A DNA stretch of 64,000 nt from Candidatus Latescibacterota bacterium (lineage in GTDB: Bacteria; Latescibacterota; CBDEFO01). A model generated the notes under the pieces. It made no database searches. It saw only the letters and a list, made by a program, of their open reading frames with translations, and had not been told where the DNA came from. Shown here piece after piece: positions 1-9,653 of the stretch (within the stretch, counting starts at the first letter, position 1; each line of letters starts with the position of its first letter). The stretch is taken from positions 832,001 through 896,000 of the forward strand of contig CBDEFO010000008.1 of NCBI GenBank assembly GCA_965237525.1, in the 5' to 3' direction. The translations under genes and the position numbers were made by a program.

Positions 1-258
1 CTGTAACAGAAGTAGATTGTTCAAGCTCGTGTTCCTTCTCGGCTTCTTTTTCTTTTATTTTGTCAATTATCAGCTGATACCAGGGTCATTTCTGTCGGGA
101 TATAGATGATTTTTGGCTTTCTTCAAATCTTCTAACGGTATAGCATCAATCTCGCTATAGTCCTCCTTTTTTAGTGCCCTTTGAAACTTAGCCATTATCT
201 TCAAATATTTTTCGGGAGTAGCCATGTATTCATTCTATCTTCTTGGACTTGCTATTCT

Positions 259-1278
259 CTAAAACCCTTCCCACCTGGTAACCGTATCCTCTTTAAATTC
301 AATCTTCTTGTCGTCTGAGTAGTACCAATACTCCCATGGACTGGTCTTTCGTACTTCGATGGGGTCACCTAAAACCTCTCTTATTGTATCTTTAGGCGTC
401 CCTATTTTCAGCACCTTTTGAATCTTGCCGAGATCAGATCCTGAACAGTTGGGATTGTATCCTGCTCCCTCGAGAGATGGCGCTTTATTTCGCCCGCCTC
501 TTTAGCTCTGGATTTCTGTGTCGTAGGAGCCGGCGAGACTTGCTTAGAGGTGCGAAATACAAAACCCAATGAGAAAGAAAAAAATGTGTCATCATCGTTT
601 ATTGATACACCAGGGTTTATGTAGAAAATATCCTTCGATTGCAATTCAATACCAATAGGAATGCTTACATCAAATGATGTTATGTTATCGTCATCAGATA
701 CAGCGTCCTTAAAAACCTTGTCCCTGACCTCTATTTCAATTGAAGAATAACTCAAACTGACAGTGGGAATTAAGCTTGATCTGGGCGACAAAGAAATGTT
801 TCTGTATATTGAACCTCCGATACTAAGTCCACTCCCATCCATCTCCAAGTTTAGTTTGTCGAAAAGATCTGCTGAATAATAAAACTTTCCATATGACGCC
901 CCAATCATAAGAGACATAGGAATATCATATTCTTCTCCTTGAGTCTGCTTTATCAAATGCACAGTAAGATGGGGAGATATGGAAGTTAATGACAGGTCAG
1001 AGCCTAAAGATTAATTCCACAATATCATTCTTGCTTTTAGCTCTCCCTACAGACAAACCAAAGTCAAAAAGGGCCTTTTCTGAATAACTCATGTCTAATA
1101 CAACACCTGAAACATCATCACTTGTCCTGTACCCTATCCCCATACCCACTCCACTCTCTCCTTTAGAGAGAAACTTGCTTTGAGCCTCTGCTTGGAGTGA
1201 TAATGAAAAAACGACAAGCAGAAGGACTGCAAAGTAAGTTAGCCAATGTACCTTGTCCGATCCGAACGTCTGCATCAT
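259..1278 (-). pseudogene. Frameshifted exported protein: outer-membrane beta-barrel-like N-terminal part plus SmpA/OmlA(BamE)-like C-terminal domain
   Basis: ORF 997..1278 (signal peptide) and ORF 408..962 (amphipathic beta strands, FSFSLGFVF) are separated by an apparent frameshift. A further shifted frame continues as LKIGTPKDTIREVLGDPIEVRKTSPWEYWYY...WEGF* to 259. The breaks may be sequencing indels. Confidence 0.5.
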
Positions 1279-1424
1279 TAGTAATCACTCCTCTCTAACA
1301 GACTTGGATTTTCGCTGATTCCTACTGAGGAAATATACGATCTGCTTGTGACATCTTCTGTCAATATCTTTACAATTATTACTAATTCTCTCGTGTAGTA
1401 GATACGCTCTCTCAATACAACAAT

Positions 1425-1691
1425 TCAGTCCGATCCCTTTCCACTTATCATCTGCCTTAGTCTATCGATGATATAATGACACGCCACAAGGTGCAGGCTC
1501 TCCACTATGCCGATGTCGTTCGAAGGGATGTGCAGACAGCAATTGACCATCGGTTTAAGCTTTCCTCCGTCGAAGCCCGTAAACCCTATCGTAGTCATAT
1601 CGTTCTCATTTGCATATCTTATCGCTCTCAGCACGTTCTCGCTCTTTCCCGACCCGCTTATCCCGAGGGCTACGTCGCCGCGTGCTGCCAT
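1425..1691 (-). pseudogene. gmhA: 3' half duplicate of phosphoheptose isomerase (SIS domain)
   Basis: About 245 bp nearly identical to 4655..4900 (about 15 mismatches by manual count); lacks the N-terminal ~100 aa. Confidence 0.85.
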
Positions 1692-1764
1692 TAGCTAGTC
1701 TATACGATACAATTATTATGGGAAAATGGCAAGACTTTTTTGTCCTATCCGAGCATTTTTTAGC

Positions 1765-1793
1765 TTGACATATAGAAAGTCTTCACTTACTAT
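1765..1793 (+). promoter_or_regulatory. Sigma70-type promoter for the VOC gene
   Basis: TTGACA-17 bp-TACTAT, followed by an AAGGAGG RBS before ATG 1845. Confidence 0.65.
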
Positions 1794-1844
1794 CGTTGGG
1801 AACAGCAGATATTCCAAAAACTTCTTGTAAGGAGGTCTAAAGCT

Positions 1845-2258
1845 ATGGGCGACGGTCAACAATCCGCTTGCAAGTTCATCAGTTATGAGCCGTTCTTCCT
1901 GGTAGCTGACGTTAAGAAGGCGGCCGAGTACTACCGCGATGTGCTCGGCTTTGAGTACGATCAGCTCTGGGGTGATCCGCCATTTTTCTGCAGGCCCGAA
2001 CGCGACGGGTACACCTTCATGCTGAGGCAGGTCGAAGATAAGTCCGTCGTAAGGCCCAACTCCGTAGCCTGCGATACTTGGGACGCTTATATAAAGGTCA
2101 CAGACGCCGACGCTCTATTTGAAGAGTTTAAGTCCAGAGGAGCCAATGTAGACTACGAGCCTGAAACGATGGAGGGGATGGATGTTAAGCATTTCGGGAT
2201 CAAGGACGTGGACGGTTATCTGCTGGGCTTCGGCCAAGAAGGGACGACAGGAGATTGA
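1845..2258 (+). CDS. VOC/glyoxalase/bleomycin-resistance family protein
   Basis: VADVKKAAEYYRDVLGF and FGIKDVDGYLLGFGQ motifs; strong RBS. Confidence 0.85.
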   Translation: MGDGQQSACKFISYEPFFLVADVKKAAEYYRDVLGFEYDQLWGDPPFFCRPERDGYTFMLRQVEDKSVVRPNSVACDTWDAYIKVTDADALFEEFKSRGANVDYEPETMEGMDVKHFGIKDVDGYLLGFGQEGTTGD

Positions 2259-2299
2259 TCGGATAGACTCAGCGCCACTCTGACAGAGGCGAGGTGATT

Positions 2300-2523
2300 T
2301 GCAAGACAGTAGGGTCTTAAACGAGCGCCGCGCTATCTCCGCAAAGAGGATCACCGTCACCCACTCTGCTGCGGACCCTATGCTCTCCCCGGCGATCAGG
2401 CCCATGTAGATAGCCCCCGGCATCATTATAAACCCTTATGAAGAACGCCCCTATGACAGTCCTTACGGTTACGCCGTCCTGAAATTCACCGGTCGTATTG
2501 TCAGTTGTCTCTATAGACATCAA
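2300..2523 (-). pseudogene. 5' fragment of an OPT/peptide-transporter-like membrane protein
   Basis: FQDGVTVRTVIGAFFI/FIMMPGAIYMGLIAG...AAEWVTVILFAEIARRSF reads across a frameshift, then truncates. Confidence 0.45.
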
Positions 2524-2674
2524 AGTAACCTAACGGAGTGGTCGGAACGCTTTATTAAGGAAAAAGAGCAGGATGTATGCCTGCTCTATAGTCAAAGGGT
2601 ATGGGTGGAGAATGCCGCAGAGCACTTGATTTCAACTCTCTTCGATTCCATTTTCTGACCACTTGACAAGTAGC

Positions 2675-3562
2675 CTATGGAGCTTGAAAGAGGACTTTCC
2701 CTTCTTTATTGAACAAGACTAGCGAAGAGGGAGGTAAGTTTCTAACTTCCCCAGTTTTTGTCACTTCCAGTGAGGTGAATCCAAGAACAGCTCGACTCTT
2801 ATAATTCTCATCGTAAAGTGTGAGGCTCGGTGAGCCATCTTCGCCAAGCGCGCACTATTCTAGCTAAGCGCGTGCATTCCCATTCTTATCAGCAAAGCTT
2901 AAGTTTGGACCTGCCATCTTCGTGCAACGTTAGCCAAGCGCGTACATTCTTATTCTTATCACGAAAGGCTAAGCTTGGACTGCCATCTTCGTGCACGTTA
3001 GCCAAGCGCCATTCTTATTCTATATCAGCGGAAAGGCTAATCTTGGATGCCATCTTCGTGCACCATTAAAGCGCGTACATTCTTATTCTTATCACGAAAG
3101 GCTTGGACTGCCATCTTCGTGCACCATTCAGCGCGTACATTCTTAGCTGAGCGCGTGCATTCCCATTCTTATCAGCGAAAGGCTAATCTTGACTGCCATC
3201 TTCGTCACCATTAGCCCAGCGCGTACATTCTTATTCTTATCACGAAAGGCTAATCTTGGACTGCCATCTTCGTTCACCATTAGCAAAGCGCGTACATTCT
3301 TATTCTTATCACGAAAGGCTAATCTTGGACTGCCATCTTCGTCCACCATTAGCTCAGCGCGTGCATTCCCATTCTTGTCACGAAGAATGAATGCCTCTGC
3401 CTCCAGTAGAATACGCTCTTTAGGGACGGTTTGCCCTATTACCAAGACTGCGCTGACGAGAACCAAGACCGCAATACCTACACTCTTAAGCCTACGATTC
3501 TGCTTCTCTACCTTCCCTAGTCGTTCTACTACTGCCTGCAGATCTGGCGTTTGCGATGCCAT
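2675..3562 (-). CDS. Membrane-anchored tandem-repeat protein (23-aa beta-type repeats); frame broken inside the repeat array
   Basis: Coiled coil plus TM helix at the N-terminus and RDKNKNVRAxLMVxEDGSPRLAF repeats. A C-terminus ...SSLVLFNKEGKVLFQAP* is readable to 2675 in another frame. Confidence 0.6.
2830..3385. repeat. 69-bp tandem repeat array, progressively degenerate toward lower coordinates
   Basis: GCGTACATTCTTATTCTTATCACGAAAGGC at 3221 and 3290 (69 bp apart), with shorter corrupted units down to ~2830. Confidence 0.85.
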
Positions 3563-3660
3563 AAATGTTCTCTCCCTTCTTAAGTTTTGTCATAGCCAAA
3601 AATACATCTTGTGAATTTCAAGTTCTAGACCAATTCTATAAATTCACCAACTTGTATATT

Positions 3661-4653
3661 TTAGGAGACGCTCCCTAAGTAATCATCTAAACTGCAAAAA
3701 AGTTCTGGATTTTGATTTTTTGTAATAGCCTTATAATTTTCCTGCAAATCATTTGCATCTGGATCCACAATTATTAATTTCTTATCCTCTATCTGATTTG
3801 TTCCTAACAGCAAACAAGCGGCAGAATCTTCCTTAGGAAGACTGTATCCAATAACAATAATCTCATCTGCAATATTTAATGCATGGCAAGCTTTCTGCCA
3901 AACATCTAATAGTGGAACACTAAAATTCTTAATGAAGGAAGGCATTATCCACGATGCTGGACATTTGCCCTCATATGGAGTAAGTTTTTGATCATCAGAA
4001 AAAAAACTCAGTCTTATCTGATCTCCATAATCAGGTTCCCAATTCAACGAACCATGGAGTTTATATATATGTACTTTTGATTTCATATTACCTCGTTTTC
4101 TAATTCTGGGGAGTGAATTAAATGTAATACCGTATCCATCTTCTGGGTGCCAATCTCCACGCTTATAAAGAGCATAGTCGAGAACTAAGTCATAGTTGAA
4201 AGTAGCTATGTTGTCGGTACCAGATAAACTATCTGTAAACGCTTAAGAAGTTTAATATCCACATCCGGTTCAATCAGTGAAAGAAAGCTATATGTTTCAA
4301 TGTAAGCTTCTTAATTCTCTCAAACCACCCTGTGAAACGCCATAATTCGAAAAGAGCTGAGACTTTGTGTAATCTGACTTCTCCCCATTTTCACTAATTA
4401 TTCTAGCTCGTATTTCTCCAGATAAATTAATATCTATGAAAGATAAAATTGCCTCGAAATTCTCCTGTTCTAAGAAATCAAAATATTTTTTTATACTTTC
4501 CCCCCAAAACACTCTATTATTATGACCCAACCCTTTTTCTTTTTCGAAAACATCCCAGAACTTTTTTGTTAATTCACACGTCAATGGAAGATTTGCTACA
4601 GCTTTTGAGAAACCTGCTCCGAGAACAAAACATTTACGCATTTTATCATCCAC
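3661..4653 (-). CDS. SIR2-like (SIR2_2) domain protein, frameshifted near 4240-4300
   Basis: N-terminal FVLGAGFS, central IATFNYD (read manually at ~4190-4210), YKLHGSLNW and IIVIGYSL motifs. AT-rich; start overlaps the gmhA stop. Confidence 0.8.
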
Positions 4654-5212
4654 GTATCATCTCCCTTAGTCTATCTATGATATAGTGACACGCGACAAGG
4701 TGCAGGCTCTCCACTATGCCGATGTCGTTCGATGGGACGTGCAGACAGCACTTGACCATCGGTTTGAGCTTTCCTCCGTCGAAGCCCGTCAATCCTATTG
4801 TCGTCATATCGTTCTCATTTGCATACCTTATCGCCCTCAGCACGTTCTCGCTCTTTCCCGACCCGCTTATCCCGAGGGTTACGTCGCCGCGTGCTGCCAT
4901 ATTTATCATCTGTTGTTCGAAGATCGACTCGTAGCCCTCATCGTTGGCAAGTGCAAGTATGTAGGGCGTATTATCGGTCAGGCTTGTGGCTTTGAGCCTC
5001 TTCTTCTGCCCCAAATCGGCAATAGTCCCCTTGGCCAGGTCCTCGCAAAGGTGAGAGGCCGTAGCGCCGCTTCCTCCGTTCCCGAATATGAAGATTTTTC
5101 TGTCTTCCAGATACGAGGCGTACAATATATCTATTACATCTTGTATAGCCTTCACATCCAGATCCCTGCACAAATCTCCCACAGAGGAGAAATAGTTGTC
5201 GGCTATTTCCAT
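4646..5212 (-). CDS. gmhA: D-sedoheptulose 7-phosphate isomerase (SIS domain)
   Basis: FGNGGSGATASH, ALAND, GISGSGKSENV and VESLH motifs. Confidence 0.9.
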   Translation of the reverse strand: MEIADNYFSSVGDLCRDLDVKAIQDVIDILYASYLEDRKIFIFGNGGSGATASHLCEDLAKGTIADLGQKKRLKATSLTDNTPYILALANDEGYESIFEQQMINMAARGDVTLGISGSGKSENVLRAIRYANENDMTTIGLTGFDGGKLKPMVKCCLHVPSNDIGIVESLHLVACHYIIDRLREMIRG

Positions 5213-5718
5213 TCGTACCTCCTCATATTGAATATCACCTTAGAGCCATCTCTCTCCAGAAGAAACGGAAGCTCCCTCAGCCCTGTGAACTCCTTCCTCA
5301 GCTTGTTCTGGTTCTCACGGGGACAATATAAGAGCAGAAATCCTCCGCCGCCTGCACCTGCCACTTTACCGCCTGTGGCTCCGGCGTTTATGGCTGCTTC
5401 GTACATCCGGTCAATATCTTCATCGCTGATCCCCCCGGCCATCTCCTTTTTTAGATTCCATCCCCTGTGGAGTATAGAACCTATGTTATCTATATCTCCT
5501 TCAACTATAGATTTTTTCGTCTTGTAAGCCAATTCTGATATCTCTCTTAAGATGGTCATCCGCTGATCTATATTTGCCTTCTGCTCTTTCAATATAGTCT
5601 CCGACTTCCTCGTTTTGTCCGTAAAGTACAAGAGTAGATTACCGCTTATGTGTCTCTTCTGGGATTCGGAGACATCTAATTTCTCAAGTTCAACCGATTC
5701 TCCAGCCATAAATTTGAA

Positions 5719-6561
5719 GGTAATGCCACAACATTATACACCTTGAGAGGGTTGATTCATAATCTGTCTGGCTATCTGTACTAGGTCTTGATCTTGGTTG
5801 TTGAATCGCCATTCTGTCTCTTTGAGGTAGAGATGGAAATATTGCTTGGGTACACCACGATAAGGATATAAGAAGTGTTTGGCGTATGACCAAAAGCCTT
5901 CGATTCCATTTAGATGGTTTCTACCTTTGGGCTTTCCTTTGTCTTTGTCGACGACGACGTGGTTACCACGGATAGATAGAGAAGCGTAGGCGTGCCAGTC
6001 ATCGGTATAGTAGAGACTACCTGGCTTGGTATATTGGGTAATGAGAGGAAGAATTACTTGTCTGCTTCTAGACGGCACAGGAAAAGTCGATACTTTCCCA
6101 TTCCTCTGATACATTCCAAAGACAATAACTTTACCTTCAGCACCCCAACCTCGCTTACCTGGTCTTTTGCCACCGAACATAGCTTCATCCATCTCTATCT
6201 CTCCAGATAGGAGCCTCAACTCCTCCAGAGAATCCTGGTAGATAGCAAGGCGAACTATACGGTAGAAACGTTCAATAGTATGTAGATGTATTGGAACTCG
6301 AAACCTTAACCGGTAAGCTGGAACCGCAAGACCAAAAAACTTAATGAGCCTCCCCTTCCAGTAAGGAGAAATCTTGCTCTTGGACCAGTAGCTATTGGTT
6401 CGAAAATGGTAGTCCCTGAGACACCCTTGACAACGATATCTACCACCCGATAATTTCCAAAATTTGGTGCACCTACAGTAGCTACATTTTCGCATAGCTC
6501 GATATACAGTAATAATCGACTCTTCGCAAGATCATAAGGTGTATAATGTTGTAGTATTACC
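5719..6561 (-). mobile_element. IS1595-family insertion sequence, 843 bp
   Basis: About 26-bp imperfect terminal IRs (GGTAATGCCACAACATTATACACCTT / AAGGTGTATAATGTTGTAGTATTACC); 8-bp TSD AATTTGAA at 5711-5718 and 6562-6569. Confidence 0.93.
5734..6495 (-). CDS. IS1595-family transposase
   Basis: N-terminal Zn ribbon (CSYC...CQGC); EMDE, YTDDW and NGIEGFW motifs. Confidence 0.92.
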   Translation of the reverse strand: MRKCSYCRCTKFWKLSGGRYRCQGCLRDYHFRTNSYWSKSKISPYWKGRLIKFFGLAVPAYRLRFRVPIHLHTIERFYRIVRLAIYQDSLEELRLLSGEIEMDEAMFGGKRPGKRGWGAEGKVIVFGMYQRNGKVSTFPVPSRSRQVILPLITQYTKPGSLYYTDDWHAYASLSIRGNHVVVDKDKGKPKGRNHLNGIEGFWSYAKHFLYPYRGVPKQYFHLYLKETEWRFNNQDQDLVQIARQIMNQPSQGV

Positions 6562-7058
6562 AATTTGAACATCCTCAAGTTCCCGTATGCCACTATATAC
6601 TGATCCTGTTTGCCTATGGGCTTTTTCAAAATATCTATCTCTATTTGGCACGCCTCACGCGCAAGATCCTCCGCGGTTCTCTGCTCTCCCTGATAGGCGT
6701 AAAGGGCGTTCAAAAGCCCCACCGTCAGGCTGCTTGAAGAACCCAATCCGGACCCCTCAGATGGGACATCTGCCAAAGTAGTGATCTCCACGCCTTTATA
6801 GACCTCTGTCTTCTGCATCGCCTCTCGCACAAGGTCGTGCTGGATGTGGTCTACGTTATCCACGATCTCCTTTTGAGAGTAGTTTATGTATATCTTATCG
6901 TCGAATCTCTCTTTTACGATCACGTACACAAACTTGTCTATCGCGGTGCTCACAACGCATCCGGGGGATCGTGGATCCTTCCTATAGTACCCCTGAAAGT
7001 CGGTCCCGCCGCCCGCGAAGCTTATCCTCAGAGGGGTCTGAGTTATAAGCATTTGCTG

Positions 7059-7826
7059 TTACCTCTCTTCCTCTGGAGTGGTCTCAGCGCCCTGCTCCAT
7101 CGAGCTCCACTTTGTCTGGGCCTGTTCGTAGGTTTCATGGGTCCCTATATCTATTATGTAACCCTTTATCCTGTAAGCGTACATCTTGCCCACTTCGTGG
7201 CTTGCTGCCGACGCCCTTCCCGTTCCGCCCACTACCCTGGGAAGGACATCGTAGCTCAAATCTGAGGGATACGATTCTGGGATATAGTCTAAAAGCCCTG
7301 AGCTGGACACGAATATAGCCCCGCTGACCAGATTTCCCTTGGGGTTCTGGGGCTTTTCTGCAAACTCTACGACTCTGTTATCAGAATCCAGAGTCACGAC
7401 TCCTCCCAGCTCCGGGTGAGGAGACTCGTAGACTCCCACAGTCAATATCCCGTTGTGTCCTCTGTGAAAGTCCAACATCTCCGAGAGATCTATATCCGTC
7501 AGGCAATCTGCGTAGATGATGAAGAAATTCTCCTGGCCGTCCACAAAGTCCCTGTTTGCGGCCACTGTACCCGCGCTCCCAAGCAGAGACGGCTCGTAGG
7601 AAAGCCTGATATTGATTCCGTGGTCTTTCCTTTGAACAAACTCCTCCACTACGTGGGCAAGATGATGAGAATTTATTAGGACATCCGTTATACCGTGCCT
7701 TTTGACTAACTCAAGGAGGTGCTCCAGGAGAGGTTTTCCGCCTATGGGTACCATACACTTGGGTACCTTATATGTCAAAGGTCTCAGCCTCGTCCCCTCT
7801 CCTGCTGCAAGGAGAAAAGCTTTCAC
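7059..7826 (-). CDS. hddC: Sugar-phosphate nucleotidyltransferase, probably heptose-1-phosphate guanylyltransferase
   Basis: LAAGEGTRLRPLT...PK and DIGT motifs; operon context with GHMP kinase and gmhA. Confidence 0.75.
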   Translation of the reverse strand: MKAFLLAAGEGTRLRPLTYKVPKCMVPIGGKPLLEHLLELVKRHGITDVLINSHHLAHVVEEFVQRKDHGINIRLSYEPSLLGSAGTVAANRDFVDGQENFFIIYADCLTDIDLSEMLDFHRGHNGILTVGVYESPHPELGGVVTLDSDNRVVEFAEKPQNPKGNLVSGAIFVSSSGLLDYIPESYPSDLSYDVLPRVVGGTGRASAASHEVGKMYAYRIKGYIIDIGTHETYEQAQTKWSSMEQGAETTPEEER

Positions 7827-7975
7827 AGTCTATCCTTTTTGGCCAGAAGGTTCTTCGATCCATTTCTGGGTTTCTTGCGAATGCCCTTTCTATTCCTCCC
7901 GCTTGCTCCATATCGAATGATAAGAAAGAAAAAGCCCGTACGTTCTGTGTCGTGTGCCACGGACGATCCAACCGA

Positions 7976-8004
7976 AAGATACAACAAAGAGCCCTGATTG
8001 TCAA
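7976..8004 (-). promoter_or_regulatory. Sigma70-type promoter for the heptose operon
   Basis: TTGACA-17 bp-TATCTT on the minus strand. Confidence 0.55.
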
Positions 8005-8120
8005 CGTTTTTGATGCCTCTACAAAAGAGTCTCATGGGGGATTTTTAGCTTGTGGATATAGTGACACCGTGCTATATTTAAGGTAGAAAAAAACCTGTTT
8101 GACTGAACGTTAAGGTTATT

Positions 8121-9545
8121 TTGCCCGTTCAAAGAACCAGCCAAAGGAGGACTGAAATCAAAGATTCTACCACACTCATCGCTGTTGCCGGTGAGATAGA
8201 GGCAGAAGGGGCCATCTTAGTCGGCGTCGCATTCCCCTGGATGAACAGGGGGGACGCCGAAGAGTCCCTGAACGAGCTTGAGCTTCTGGCGGATACGGCC
8301 GGGGCAAAGGTTCTGAACAAAGTAATTCAGGAGCGGAAAGCCCCCAATCCGACCTACTTCATCGGGAAGGGCAAGGCAGAACTTCTAGCTAATTCCGCAA
8401 AAGAACTGGAGGCCGATCTGGTCATCTTCGACGATGACCTTTCCCCCGCGCAGATGAGTAATCTCGAAAAACTAATGGACAGGAAGATAGTAGATAGAAG
8501 TGGTCTTATTCTGGACATCTTCGCCAAACGCGCAAGGACTAAAGAGGCCAAGCTCCAGGTCGAACTGGCTCAGCTGGAGTATCTGGCTCCAAAGCTCACA
8601 AGACAATGGACCCACCTTTCAAGACAGGCAGGCGGCATAGGTACAAGCGGTCCTGGAATAGGTGCAAGGGGCCCGGGTGAAACACAGCTTGAGATCGACA
8701 GGAGAAAGGTCAGAAAGAGGATCTACGACCTTTCCAGAGCACTCAAAAAGGTCGAGAAGAGTCGAGAGGTGAGCCGCAAGAACAGATCTGACGTCTTTCA
8801 GGTCTGCCTTGTCGGATACACCAACGCCGGCAAATCCACACTTATGAGAGCCCTCTCAGGGGAAGACGTCTTCGTCGAGGACAGACTATTTGCTACGCTG
8901 GATTCGATCACCAGGATTGTCCAGCTTAAAAAAGCTTCTGAGAACACCTCATGTGGTGGTGGACAAGGTACGAGCAAAGCACGAAGCGTCAAAATCCTCC
9001 TGACAGATACAGTCGGCTTCATAAAAAAGTTGCCCCACAACCTGATTGCCTCGTTCCGAGGCACATTAGAAGAAGTTGTGCAAGCCGATCTTTTGATCCA
9101 CGTAGTGGATGTAAGCCATCCCGCCTGTGAAGAACAGATAGGAGCCGTAAATGAAGTTCTAAGTGAGCTGGGTGTAGCTAACACGCCGACCGTTATGGCT
9201 CTCAACAAAATAGACCTTCTACGCGAAGGTGGTACGATCACTTCGGGTGGACTCCTAAAAAGATTCCTCAAGACCCATCCTGAAGCCCTGCCTATATCAT
9301 CTGTAAACGGGGACGGATTAGATGAGCTCAAGGATGCCCTCCGCCAGAGAGTCGAGAGGGACAACGTGGTCTTAGACCTTGAATTAGATTACACACAGGG
9401 CAAGCTCCTTGGGGAACTCTACAGCATAGGAGAAATTCTCAAGCGAAAAGACGAAGATGGACATGTTGCTCTGAAGGTCAGATTGAAGAGAGATGACGGA
9501 AAAAGGATAAAAGGCAAGATCAAACAAGTAGCCAGCAAACAGTAG
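8121..9545 (+). CDS. hflX: Ribosome-splitting GTPase HflX
   Basis: RGPGETQLE, GYTNAGKST, LFATLD, DTVGFI and NKID motifs. Exact start uncertain. Confidence 0.95.
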   Translation: MPVQRTSQRRTEIKDSTTLIAVAGEIEAEGAILVGVAFPWMNRGDAEESLNELELLADTAGAKVLNKVIQERKAPNPTYFIGKGKAELLANSAKELEADLVIFDDDLSPAQMSNLEKLMDRKIVDRSGLILDIFAKRARTKEAKLQVELAQLEYLAPKLTRQWTHLSRQAGGIGTSGPGIGARGPGETQLEIDRRKVRKRIYDLSRALKKVEKSREVSRKNRSDVFQVCLVGYTNAGKSTLMRALSGEDVFVEDRLFATLDSITRIVQLKKASENTSCGGGQGTSKARSVKILLTDTVGFIKKLPHNLIASFRGTLEEVVQADLLIHVVDVSHPACEEQIGAVNEVLSELGVANTPTVMALNKIDLLREGGTITSGGLLKRFLKTHPEALPISSVNGDGLDELKDALRQRVERDNVVLDLELDYTQGKLLGELYSIGEILKRKDEDGHVALKVRLKRDDGKRIKGKIKQVASKQ

Positions 9546-9547
9546 AC

Positions 9548-9608
9548 AGGCCCCGACCCCCATCCCCCCCGATAGGTTCAATCGGGGGTAGAATCAATCG
9601 GGGGCAGG
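9548..9608. repeat. Nested CCCCGATAGnnTCAATCGGGG palindromic repeats
   Basis: CCCCCGATAGGTTCAATCGGGGG followed by TAGAATCAATCGGGGGCAGG. Confidence 0.7.
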
Positions 9609-9653
9609 GAAAGGCAAAAAGGCAGTAGGAAGTGGATAGGGAAGGCACAGCGC

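Larger units (their letters stand above)
5203..7052 (-). pseudogene. hddA: D-glycero-D-manno-heptose 7-phosphate kinase (GHMP kinase) interrupted by an IS1595-family element
   Basis: PLRISFAGGGTD, GSGLGSSS, IGKQDQY and GAGGGGF motifs. Removing 5719..6561 plus one TSD restores the frame (LRMFKFMAGES). Confidence 0.9.

Noticed and set aside
2830..3385. Possible CRISPR array
   Set aside because: The units are contiguous coding repeats with no unique spacers, and no cas genes are present.
1446..4900. gmhA duplicate as a DGR TR/VR pair
   Set aside because: Mismatches are mostly synonymous and not confined to adenines; no RT gene.
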